Of a stretch of 64,000 nt of DNA, positions 40,903 to 50,112 are shown in pieces. Below the pieces are notes generated by a model, which was given only the letters and a program-made list of their open reading frames with translations, did not search any database and was not told where the DNA came from. The position numbers and the translations under genes are program-made. Numbering within the stretch: position 1 is the first letter of the stretch; the number at the start of each line of letters is the position of its first letter. The DNA is taken from contig CAWCYI010000004.1 in assembly GCA_963799845.1 (NCBI GenBank), positions 416,001 through 480,000 on the forward strand, given 5' to 3'. Origin of the DNA: an uncultured Nitrososphaerota archaeon (lineage in GTDB: Archaea > Thermoproteota > Nitrososphaeria > Nitrososphaerales > CADDZS01).

Positions 40903-41851
40903 AAACCCACAGATATCGCCAATATTGAACGAAAAAACTCTCTTGAATATGAAACTCTTTTGTGATGTTGCCAAGGCGAACGGCGCTTCGGTTTCACTCA
41001 AGGAGTTGATTGAATTAACCTCGATAGATTTTACCGAACAGCAGCTTGCGCAATCGTGGAACGATTACGAAATTCTTTCTTCCCGCTTTAGAATTGCGTC
41101 GGGAATTGTTCTGGAATCACTTGTCGAAGATGATCCAAACAGCGCCAAACTAACTCTTAGAAAGACGGAGGAGATTTCGGAGAATTTCCAAAGAGCGATT
41201 TCCAACATTTCTTTCGCGACCCGATTTGGCTCGTTTCTTGGATCTGATAGCTTCAAGGTTCTTTCGATCAGCGGCTCAACGTCTTATCTCTCGGCTTCGA
41301 AAACGGACGACCTCGATTTCTTCTGCATCTCGGAGTCCGGTAGGATGTGGAAAAGTTTTGTCAAGTCTCTAATTCTCGCGAGATCGTTCCGACTGCTGCA
41401 AAAGGATTCGCCTTGGTTGTGCCTCAGCTACGTTGCCGACGAACAGTTTGCAAAGCGCGAATTTGCCAGCAGTCGCGACGGATTATTTGCAAGAGATGCA
41501 ATTTCCGCCCGAGTTATTCATGGAGAAGAGTACTACTCGAATCTTCTTAGAGAAAATTCTTGGATGGCCGAATACTTTCCAAAGTTATACAGCCTGCAAA
41601 TAGCCAAATCTTCGAACGCGGTGAAAGCGATGAAGAGAGATTCTACTTTTGCTAGGATTGTCAATTTGTTTCTTTATTACACAGCTGGATCTTACATCAA
41701 GCTAAAATCGTATCTTCTAAACAGAAAGTTTTCCAGAGATCGGAAAATTTCCTCCCTCTTCAAATTGAGGATCGGTGTAGACCACTGCGTCTACGAATCT
41801 CAGGATTACCTGAGACTCCGAAAAATGTACGCAGCGTTTAGAGCATCGTAG
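40892..41851 (+). CDS. nucleotidyltransferase-fold hypothetical protein
   Basis: ISGSTSY...DDLDFF (GS plus DxD); the ATG at 40892 overlaps the end of the GT2 gene. Confidence 0.65.
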   Translation: METENPQISPILNEKTLLNMKLFCDVAKANGASVSLKELIELTSIDFTEQQLAQSWNDYEILSSRFRIASGIVLESLVEDDPNSAKLTLRKTEEISENFQRAISNISFATRFGSFLGSDSFKVLSISGSTSYLSASKTDDLDFFCISESGRMWKSFVKSLILARSFRLLQKDSPWLCLSYVADEQFAKREFASSRDGLFARDAISARVIHGEEYYSNLLRENSWMAEYFPKLYSLQIAKSSNAVKAMKRDSTFARIVNLFLYYTAGSYIKLKSYLLNRKFSRDRKISSLFKLRIGVDHCVYESQDYLRLRKMYAAFRAS

Positions 41852-41852
41852 A

Positions 41853-42512
41853 CTATTGCTTTACTGTGATCGCTCCCTTCATCCATCCCGGATGGAAGGT
41901 ACAATAATATGGATATACTCCAGGGGTGTTGAAGGTATATTCGAAAGTTTGGCCCGGACCGAGAGCGCCGGAGTTGAAGGAAATGGAATCGCCCTGATCC
42001 GATGTCACAGTGTGATCCGCGGTATCCTTGTTCGTCCACTGGACCGTGTTATTCGTCCCAATGACAACAGTAACGTTCTGCGGTGAAAACGTGATTTGGT
42101 TGGCGACACCGCTTTGAATTGCAGAACCTGGGAGAATAACCAGAAGCGTTCCGGGAGGAGGCCCCTTCGTCGTAGCGGAAGGAGTCAGAACGAGTCCGGT
42201 AAAAACCACTCCAACGCTCAGTATTAACAGAAAACCGATGAAGACTTTCGCTGTGTAACCTGGAGATGGAAGTCCATCCTTGAATAGACCCGCAGGGAGC
42301 AGTATAAACCCGATAATCATCATGTAACCCGAAATATTTTGCATCTCTTGGAACGAAGCAATTGTAGCTCTGGGATCGCACGGGGCGCCGAAAAGGTATG
42401 GATTCCCCCCGGCCGGGTTGCAGGGAATCCCTCCGAAGAAGTACCAGGCTAATTGTCCACCTATACCAACAACCAGCATGAACAGACTGATGTAGAAGAG
42501 GTCCTTGTCCAA
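41853..42512 (-). CDS. multi-TM protein with C-terminal plastocyanin-like type-1 copper domain
   Basis: Three hydrophobic segments, then DHTVTS...YYCTFHPGWMKG (H, C, H, M ligands). Confidence 0.88.
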   Translation of the reverse strand: MDKDLFYISLFMLVVGIGGQLAWYFFGGIPCNPAGGNPYLFGAPCDPRATIASFQEMQNISGYMMIIGFILLPAGLFKDGLPSPGYTAKVFIGFLLILSVGVVFTGLVLTPSATTKGPPPGTLLVILPGSAIQSGVANQITFSPQNVTVVIGTNNTVQWTNKDTADHTVTSDQGDSISFNSGALGPGQTFEYTFNTPGVYPYYCTFHPGWMKGAITVKQ

Positions 42513-42515
42513 TTT

Positions 42516-44315
42516 CTAAGCTACCTCTTTGCTCTTTGGAATCTGATTGAGCGAACCAATTCTTGAGCTGGGTGGAGAAACTCCTGCCAGTGCCCCAGAA
42601 CCAAGCTCTGTCGCGTTTTCAACATCGGCCGCATGCACCATCGGGGCAGGGACTAGCATAGGCATTGCCTCTTCAAGAGTTGCGGGAGTTACGACCGGCT
42701 TTAGCAGCGTGGGACCGGTCAATGTCTTCAAAAGATTCCATATGAAAGGAATCTGTGCCGCAGCCACGACAATGGCGAAAAAGAATGCAATGTCAAGGTA
42801 TAGCTGGTAATTCAACGTAATAGTGAATGGTAGTAACGGGTTGATTGGCGCAAACTGTCTCCTCGCTACTCCCAGATATCCCATCGCCGTGAAAATAAAG
42901 GCCAGACCAAATCCTCCTACGACACTACCCCAGAAGTGAATTTCCCCAAGTGTCTTGCTGTACCATTGCTTCGAAGAAATTTCGGGTAGGATCCAGTAAA
43001 GAACTCCGAAGCCAGCAAAGACTATACCATCTAGACCATTAAAGTGAAAGTGACCCACCACGGCATAGGTGTTGTGAAGGTAAACGTCAAGCGAAGCATT
43101 TCCTTGCTCCACACCCCCGATCCCGCCAATAATCCATCCGAATATGCTTGCCAGCAGGAATTTCGCAGTTAGGTTCCACTCGTACTTGGATCTCCAGATC
43201 AGGGCAAGTAAAGTAAAAACAGAAATTCCGGATGCAATCCCGATAACCATTGACATGTTCTGGGACATGAACTGCAACGCAAACGGCTGAGATGTATCCA
43301 TGAATAAGTGGTGGCTGTAAACTCCCACTCCCGTAATCAAGAGAAGAGGCCATGGTGCTTTCGCCCATCTGCTACTCGAGAAGTTTCTCTTGGAGAGAAT
43401 TGGAATCAGAGTGTAGTACATTCCAATCAGAGGGAAGAACGCATAGTAGACAATTGGGTGGTAGTTTATCCAAAGAAAGTTCTTCGCAACCAGGTTGTTG
43501 AGGAATGTTGGATTGTTCAGCGACTCCCACGCGCCGTCAGCCAGTAAAGTTAGGAAAGGCGGCGCGGATACGATCATGTCGATTGTAGTTACGACGCAAG
43601 CTATGATTGCAGGCGGATAACTGAAAATCCTGGATCGAACCGCTTTTGGCATGTAAGCGTCAAAGCCGATTGATCCGGCAAACTTTGCGGACATTGAATG
43701 ATTGAATCCAGGCTTCAGGTTGTATTCGTCCTGATACTTGTTGGAGAACACTGTTCCCAAAACGATGTACGTGAAAACGAAAAGAGACACATTCGTGATC
43801 ATCATTCCGGCGAAAAATAGTAAATCTTGGGCGAGTCCCCAAGGAGCAGTCCCCGCCGGGCCGCCGTGGAATGGTAACGGGAACAGGAAATACCATCCAG
43901 GGCCGAAACCGAGAGCGGTTGAAAGCCAGACGAGATAAAACCCGATCGTAAATAGGAAAAATACAACAGGGAGAAGCTTCTCGCCGTACAGTTTTCGTTT
44001 CATATACTTCGGAATGGCGTATGCAATCAGGCCGTACGTAAAGGGAAATTGCCAACCGACGAACATTCCCAGCCCGTGAGCCGTCAGCAGCTGGCCGAAC
44101 ACCTGTGGGGTGCCGAGAGGGCCAATCGAAGATGCGGCGCCTGCTTGATCAGTCCTCATGAAAAGGGCGAGCGTGCCTGCAATGATGAAGTTTAGAAATG
44201 AAAGATAGAGCAGACGCCGCGACCACTTTCGCGTGAAGGGAGTGAGCGCTTCATTGACCGTACTTTCAGGCTTTGCAATAGTTTGAGTTGATGGACTTGT
44301 GCTCAAATTTTTCAC
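42516..44315 (-). CDS. coxA: heme-copper oxidase subunit I, B-family-like
   Basis: LTAHG, HPIVY, SHHLF, HNTYAVVGHFH and GVARR. Confidence 0.92.
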   Translation of the reverse strand: MKNLSTSPSTQTIAKPESTVNEALTPFTRKWSRRLLYLSFLNFIIAGTLALFMRTDQAGAASSIGPLGTPQVFGQLLTAHGLGMFVGWQFPFTYGLIAYAIPKYMKRKLYGEKLLPVVFFLFTIGFYLVWLSTALGFGPGWYFLFPLPFHGGPAGTAPWGLAQDLLFFAGMMITNVSLFVFTYIVLGTVFSNKYQDEYNLKPGFNHSMSAKFAGSIGFDAYMPKAVRSRIFSYPPAIIACVVTTIDMIVSAPPFLTLLADGAWESLNNPTFLNNLVAKNFLWINYHPIVYYAFFPLIGMYYTLIPILSKRNFSSSRWAKAPWPLLLITGVGVYSHHLFMDTSQPFALQFMSQNMSMVIGIASGISVFTLLALIWRSKYEWNLTAKFLLASIFGWIIGGIGGVEQGNASLDVYLHNTYAVVGHFHFNGLDGIVFAGFGVLYWILPEISSKQWYSKTLGEIHFWGSVVGGFGLAFIFTAMGYLGVARRQFAPINPLLPFTITLNYQLYLDIAFFFAIVVAAAQIPFIWNLLKTLTGPTLLKPVVTPATLEEAMPMLVPAPMVHAADVENATELGSGALAGVSPPSSRIGSLNQIPKSKEVA

Positions 44316-44909
44316 CTATGATGAAGTAACATTGAACTGGCTTATCATATCCGTATGACCATACCCGCAGAACTCAAGACAGCGTATGTAATAGATTCCC
44401 GGACTCGTGAATTGGTACATTATGTTATTGTAATATTGCGGCATTACCTGTACTTGAAAAATTATTGCTCCTGCTGCATCGTAGACTCCGAAACCGTGTG
44501 TAACGTCTAAACTGGTCACGTTAAAGAAAACGGTACTTCCAACCGGTATGGGGAAGTTAGGGACGCAAGGAGATCCCCACCTGGGAGACGGCGTTAGACA
44601 CCAGGCAAACTGCTGTGCCTGGACATCGACGATCATGTTAGGTTTGATATTGCTGTGTCTATAAGGATACGGCAGGTAAGCCAGAGTTGAAACGCTAAAC
44701 ACAATGAAGATTATCACAATGATAACGACCCAGTGCTTTTCGTATTTTGCCAGCGCGTGGCTATCGCTCTCCTCGGGATGCCTCGTTGAGTAAATCACTG
44801 CGATAATGGCGACCGCGGCAATCAGCGTGCCCATAACAAAGATTATCGTTAGATAGGTAATGTTCATGCCCACGCTTGCGGGGAATATCCCAAGAGTGGC
44901 GACGCTCAA
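44316..44909 (-). CDS. coxB: heme-copper oxidase subunit II (CuA)
   Basis: Two TMs, QQFAW, DVTHGF and CLEFCGYGHTDM. Confidence 0.93.
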   Translation of the reverse strand: MSVATLGIFPASVGMNITYLTIIFVMGTLIAAVAIIAVIYSTRHPEESDSHALAKYEKHWVVIIVIIFIVFSVSTLAYLPYPYRHSNIKPNMIVDVQAQQFAWCLTPSPRWGSPCVPNFPIPVGSTVFFNVTSLDVTHGFGVYDAAGAIIFQVQVMPQYYNNIMYQFTSPGIYYIRCLEFCGYGHTDMISQFNVTSS

Positions 44910-45130
44910 AGCTGCATGCCCCTCTCAACTTACGCACTATAAATGTTATGTTGGGAAACCATTTTGGAAAAAATTATTCAAAAATAGTCTCGCCAAGAAA
45001 CAATTCGTGCTGATTTACAGTCCACTATTTGCGTCAGATTTTCTGGAGTAGATTGATTCTATGTTTCAATGATTTCTCATGTTCCAAATACGAGGCTCCT
45101 CGGATGTGTTTTTGATGGAACCATCAGCTG

Positions 45131-45598
45131 CTAACTTTGAGCTGCTAAAACGATCACGGTTCCTTTCATCCATGTGTGGTATGAGCAGTGGTAGTTGTAC
45201 GTGCCCGGAGAGGAAAAAACAAAGGTGTAGTTTGAACCTGGCGAAATGTTGCCTGAATCAAACACGTTAGTGTTTGAAGTCGCGGTATGAAATGCATAAT
45301 CCTCATTTGTCCAAGTTACACTGTTGTTCACGCCTATCTCGACTGTAATGGTGGACGGAGAGAAACCTTCGGAAGAATTTGTTCCCGCGCCGTTTTGGAT
45401 TACGACTGTCACCGTCTTTCCCGTGAAGAGAACACTGGACGTCGTACTGATTGACGCGGCAGATTCTCTGATAGATTGGGTCAGCCCGGCAGTAAGAGAA
45501 ACTCCGACGAGGACAACAAGCAGCACTCCGATCAATGTCCGCCCTACTTGGGAAGAAGATCTGGAATCCTCTTGAGAATTATTTCCCAAAAATCTCAC
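45131..45598 (-). CDS. membrane-anchored plastocyanin/azurin-family blue copper protein
   Basis: N-terminal TM, then FHTATS...YHCSYHTWMKG. Confidence 0.9.
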   Translation of the reverse strand: MRFLGNNSQEDSRSSSQVGRTLIGVLLVVLVGVSLTAGLTQSIRESAASISTTSSVLFTGKTVTVVIQNGAGTNSSEGFSPSTITVEIGVNNSVTWTNEDYAFHTATSNTNVFDSGNISPGSNYTFVFSSPGTYNYHCSYHTWMKGTVIVLAAQS

Positions 45599-45607
45599 CG
45601 TTTTCCT

Positions 45608-46543
45608 TCAGGAAGTAGAGTTCAGCCCACAGGAAGAAGCGCCGTCACCGTCGCAGTAAGCATTCGGGAGAACTATGAGATAGCCAAACATTCCGTTGGC
45701 GACGTGGTATATACACGTGAATTCGAAGACTCCCGCGTAGCTTGCCTGGAAGGCGGCGATCCCCCAAACTTCAGAGCTCGACGCGTTTGACGGAATGCTG
45801 ACGCCACTAAGATTGGCACTGCCTCCAAAGTAAACCTCGTCGGAAACTGGGATTGTGATCGGGTGCGGGTTTGAGGCGTTGCCCAGATCCGAGTGCGGGT
45901 TGGCGTTCTGTTCGGAAGCGTAATCGGAAGCTCCAAGAGCTGATAGGGAGCTTGGAGAGAGTAGACTAGAGCCAGAAACGCAGTATGATGTGGAGATCCC
46001 TGAAGATTCTTGAGCATAATTTCCATTGATGCAGCTGCTGTTAAACGTGCTTCCACTTTGCAAGAAATCAGCTGAGCCCGCGACAGTATTGTTAATCTGA
46101 AAATCGTAGGGCCCCGACGTAAGAGTGAATGTGTGCGCATCGGTGTCATTCTGAATGAACAGTATCTGCACGATGTCGCCCTGAACTACCGTGATTGTGC
46201 TGGGACAGAATCTATCCTCTCCGGAATTGTCCGTGTTGCACCAATCTATCTTTATTGGCAAAACGGTTGGTTTCTGATTAATTGAAGCGGCTGGCGGCCC
46301 TGCTTGAGTGGTCGTTGTGGTACTCGCAGAGTGAGTAACGGCCGCTATATTGTAAACAATGACTGTGGCTCCAACCCCCAGCACGAAACTAATTACTATC
46401 AGCGCGAGGGCGGCGAGAGTTGTAATCCCCGTCCTTCTTCCTCGGCTCTTACGAATGTGGTAAGAAAGAGGTACATTAGTTCGCAAAGCCCTGAAGTTAG
46501 ATGAATGGGACATAAACATTGTCGGGGATATGAAATACGTCAA
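45608..46543 (-). CDS. membrane-anchored cupredoxin with large internal insertion
   Basis: TM, PSTITVVQGDIV, AHTFTL, about 120 inserted residues, then FEFTCIYHVANGMFG. Confidence 0.8.
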   Translation of the reverse strand: MTYFISPTMFMSHSSNFRALRTNVPLSYHIRKSRGRRTGITTLAALALIVISFVLGVGATVIVYNIAAVTHSASTTTTTQAGPPAASINQKPTVLPIKIDWCNTDNSGEDRFCPSTITVVQGDIVQILFIQNDTDAHTFTLTSGPYDFQINNTVAGSADFLQSGSTFNSSCINGNYAQESSGISTSYCVSGSSLLSPSSLSALGASDYASEQNANPHSDLGNASNPHPITIPVSDEVYFGGSANLSGVSIPSNASSSEVWGIAAFQASYAGVFEFTCIYHVANGMFGYLIVLPNAYCDGDGASSCGLNSTS

Positions 46544-46667
46544 ATTTTAAAGGATTTTGTTTTACACCTTTAGCGAGAAGACAATCTCTATGTCACAGTT
46601 TTTCGTTTACGATATTGCCACTGTTTTCGAGAATTTTCTCAGTGATAAAAAATCAAGAATCGCGATA

Positions 46668-46677
46668 CTTATTTATG
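46668..46677 (+). promoter_or_regulatory. TATA-like box of the tRNA-Tyr gene
   Basis: CTTATTTATG about 25-30 nt upstream of the mature tRNA start. Confidence 0.5.
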
Positions 46678-46700
46678 CGCTGAACCGAGGTTCCTCTTTA

Positions 46701-46900
46701 CCCGCGGTAGCTCAGCTTGGTAGAGCTTCCGACCTCGGATAATCAAAAGTCCCGGGGGGAGACGCTGTAGAGATCCTCGGCTCCTCAAAGAATCGTAGAG
46801 GCGCTGATCCCAACCCAGCCTATCAAGCCTACAGAAACCGGAGTGTCGTCGGTTCAAAAAGCGTGGTCAGTGAACGCGCCTGAAAGTCCGACCCGCGGGA
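46701..46900 (+). tRNA. tRNA-Tyr(GUA) with three introns (30/31: 46732-46763; 37/38: 46771-46836; 59/60: 46859-46886)
   Basis: Acceptor CCCGCGG/CCGCGGG+A, D arm GCTC..GAGC, spliced anticodon arm TCCGG-CTGTAGA-CCGGA, T arm GTCGG-TTCAAAT-CCGAC; 74 nt after splicing; BHB-type central helices at each junction. Confidence 0.9.
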
Positions 46901-46901
46901 C

Positions 46902-46908
46902 TTTTTTT
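46902..46908 (+). terminator. oligo-T terminator after the tRNA
   Basis: T7 tract immediately 3' of the discriminator base. Confidence 0.6.
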
Positions 46909-46917
46909 CCCTGATTG

Positions 46918-48301
46918 CTATTGGACTATGATCTCTACGACTTTAGAGACTGCGAGGGTGTTAGTACCGAGTTGTCAATGTCACAAAGTAGACCCCAGAC
47001 ATTGATCCATTATTCTGAATCTCCACTACCGAATTGAAGCTTCCCGATCCTTGCTGAGGCGCAAATGTGAAAGTGAAGTTGCCCGTGAAATTGCCAACGT
47101 AACCCTTTAGATAAACGAGCGATGAGTTACTGGTTACCGATAGCCCCAGATTGATCTTACTTCCGTTCGGAATCGATACTGGGCTAGAATAATTGATCAA
47201 TTGCACCTTAACGTCCAGTGCTTTCGTCGTATTCACTGTTCCTACTTTTCCTGAAAATAGCTCTGTATACCATGGTTCGCCACTGGGTGACAAGGTACTG
47301 GTCAACATGTAACTTATGTTTCCGGCGTCCCTAATTTCCGTAGGGATAAAGTATTCAATCAAACTATTACTGACAGGGTCGAATTCTCCCATCGCGTTCC
47401 CATAGTGCTCGTTGAACCACACATTGCCGTTTTGGTCAACCCAACAAAAATAGGGAAGTGATTCGATCAGAGAATTGTTCGAAGTCGAAATCGTCTTGAA
47501 GTAGTGCGTAGTTGGATTGAACTCCGAAATAAAACTTGGGCCGTGTTGAGTCATCCATATGTTCCCGAGGGAGTCGACCGCGATCCCTACTGGTGTTGTG
47601 ATCAAACCTGTCAAGTTTTCAATTGTAAAACTGCCCTGATAGTAAGATCCGATCGAATCGGTCCCTGGGAGGGTGAACCAGACCTTCCCCGTCGAATCGG
47701 CCGTGATGCCTGATGGCTCAGGATCTCCTTTGGATGGCACTAATAGTTCATACATGGAACCGTTTGCAGCAATCTCTCCTATTTTGTTTCCTTCAAGCTC
47801 GGCAAACCAGACGTTATGATTCGTATCAATTGTTATTCCAAAAGGAAAAGCGTCTGGTGTGACCAGTTTGTGCTGCTCGAATCGATGATTATTCATATTG
47901 AAACTCCAGATCGAATTCGAAGATTCTTCAGTAAACCAGATCAAACCCAAAGAATTATCCACAGACATCCCCCAGGTCATCATACTTCCACTCTTTATTC
48001 CAGGCACACGGTATTCGTGAATTGTTCCGTTTGCCGGGATTAATTCAGCGACTGACGAATCGTTCTCCAATGTGAACCATATGTAGCCGGCAGAATCGAC
48101 GGTTATTGCGTTTGGTGAGGTTGAGGAAGATTGGGTAGGGTACTCTATGGTGTAAGCGCCTACCTGCGGTTTGGAGACGTATAGGTAACTCACCACAGTA
48201 GCAGGTTCTAGAAAATAGTACGAAAGCCCTACGACTAAAAGTGCGATAATCAGAACTCCCAGCGGGATTAGAAACCACTTCCGTCTTTTCTGTGTACTCA
48301 A
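46918..48301 (-). CDS. membrane-anchored Vgb-lyase-like beta-propeller protein with C-terminal beta-rich domain (probable frameshift near 46965)
   Basis: N-terminal TM; repeated P.GI..D..G.(I/V)WF.E blades; the alternative frame ends TLAVSKVVEIIVQ* at 46918. Confidence 0.8.
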
Positions 48302-48386
48302 GCGTCACACTTTATCTTAGTTGGCTGAATGTTTTGCAGCGGAACGACAGTTCGAATCCCATATTTTCCAAACCGTCGAGACGCCG

Positions 48387-50054
48387 TCACTTGCGATTCG
48401 CTCGCCTACTCGTCGGTCTTCTCCTTGAAACAAGTACTAACGAACTTACAACAACCGCCGCTAGAGCCCCACCTATCGCCGCAGCGTCAATCAACAGGGA
48501 TGGGTGGTCAGGAGAGCTTTCAACTTTCAGAGACAGGATTGTGGAATAGATGTCTCCAGTCAAGTTTGATTTTCCACTGATGGTAAGATAGTAAATCCCG
48601 GGTAAAAGACCGTTTGTCGAGATTGAAAGATTTGATACAGCTTTACCTGAAGAACTGAAGTTCAATGAAGGCGGATTAAACACGGCCGATGCATTCTGCA
48701 GATTTCCGGTGCCCGAAATTCCCGAAATATCAAGACCGATATTCTGGTTCGAGTCCGCAGAGATCATTATCGGAACGGAGATATTTCCACCGCTGGCTTC
48801 AAGCTCGGAAGTAGAGTTGCCTGTCGAAAGAATAACCGATTCATTGGAATTTGCTGGTACAAGTTCTCCAATGTTATTTCCGTCGAATTCGGTAAACCAA
48901 ACGGTTGAGTTTTCCCCGAGTGCAAGGTATAGAGTGCCGGCAATCTGGGAGCCGCAACACGGAATGGGATACTCGATCATGCTTTTTGTCGAGGGATTGA
49001 ACTCCGCAATCTTGTTACCATAATGCTCTGCGATCCAGACATCGCCATTGTTGTCTATCGCGATCCCATTCGGCAACGAGGTAGCGTAATTGGGGTTATG
49101 AGTCCGCGAAGTCCAGAATTTGTCGAGGACTTTGGAACCAATATTGTACTCGTCAAAAGAACTTACGATGTGCTCAGTGATCCAGAGTGTCTTACCATCG
49201 GGGCTGATTGCGAGCTGGCTCGGCGTCTGGAGGCTTGAGACTATCGTTTGCGCTTCGTTGTTGACTGATAGGTCAGTGGGAGGTGGGCTATTCACGATTG
49301 TAGTGAGATAACTGCTGTTCGTCGGAGCAAATTCCTGGATGCCTTTACTTGTGCCGGGTTGAAGCTCGGATGTAGTTACATATCCGATCATGTTAGAATC
49401 GGCTGCTGTAAACCAAAAGTTTCCGCTAGAATCAAACGCTATGTCAAGAGGAGCAGAGTAAAAGACTGGAAGGTCAAACGACAAAAATGTCGAATTCGTC
49501 GGAAAGAATTCGTCTATCTGATTCGAGAATTCGCACGTAAGCCAGATTGAGGACTTTGAAGCAGCGACCCCGATCGGGCCGCAGGAAAGATTTCCAGGAG
49601 CTGTTGGAATTTTGAATTCGCTTATTGTCCCCGAGACCGAGTTCAGCTCTCCCAGATTCTCTCCATTCAGCTCGGTAAACCACGGGTTTCCAGATCCGTC
49701 TACTGTGATCTGCTCGAGCAACGAATTAGGAGTAGGCACGTTAAACTCTTTGAAGGTTTTAGATTGGGGATTGAACATGCCGATCTGGTTTGATCCCGCC
49801 TCGGCAACCCAGACTCTTCCGGAAGCATCGACTGAAATGCCCCAAGGCTGAGAGGAATTTTTTGGTAGCGGGAACTGCACTATCCTGTAATTCTGCATCC
49901 CAAATGTTTGCGAGCTTGCAGTGACCATCAGGGATACCACACTAGGAGAAAAAAGAATTATCGTTGCCACGGAGACAACTATTATCGCTAGGACAAAGGT
50001 CGGGAGAATCCTGTCACTCTGAATTCTCAAATCCGGATAGTTTCCAAATCGCAT
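48387..50054 (-). CDS. Vgb-lyase-like beta-propeller surface protein with C-terminal TM anchor
   Basis: Repeated PWGISVD/PNGIAID..VW.AE blades, N-terminal signal, C-terminal TM plus basic tail. Confidence 0.85.
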   Translation of the reverse strand: MRFGNYPDLRIQSDRILPTFVLAIIVVSVATIILFSPSVVSLMVTASSQTFGMQNYRIVQFPLPKNSSQPWGISVDASGRVWVAEAGSNQIGMFNPQSKTFKEFNVPTPNSLLEQITVDGSGNPWFTELNGENLGELNSVSGTISEFKIPTAPGNLSCGPIGVAASKSSIWLTCEFSNQIDEFFPTNSTFLSFDLPVFYSAPLDIAFDSSGNFWFTAADSNMIGYVTTSELQPGTSKGIQEFAPTNSSYLTTIVNSPPPTDLSVNNEAQTIVSSLQTPSQLAISPDGKTLWITEHIVSSFDEYNIGSKVLDKFWTSRTHNPNYATSLPNGIAIDNNGDVWIAEHYGNKIAEFNPSTKSMIEYPIPCCGSQIAGTLYLALGENSTVWFTEFDGNNIGELVPANSNESVILSTGNSTSELEASGGNISVPIMISADSNQNIGLDISGISGTGNLQNASAVFNPPSLNFSSSGKAVSNLSISTNGLLPGIYYLTISGKSNLTGDIYSTILSLKVESSPDHPSLLIDAAAIGGALAAVVVSSLVLVSRRRPTSRRANRK

Positions 50055-50112
50055 ACCGATTTTGCGTTTAAGAATTTTCGGGTTAAGTTCATGCGGCTTA
50101 ATCGTTCACCTT

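Noticed and set aside
42516-44315. Nitric oxide reductase
   Set aside because: The cross-linking Tyr in HPIVY is retained and K-channel polar residues are present, favouring O2 reduction; formal classification is still needed
46557-46857. Short ORFs 46557-46742 (+) and 46669-46857 (-)
   Set aside because: They overlap the tRNA-Tyr gene and its promoter
38444-50054. Integrated element or island using tRNA-Tyr as attachment site
   Set aside because: No integrase, transposase or duplicated tRNA end was seen, and the flanking genes look like host metabolic genes
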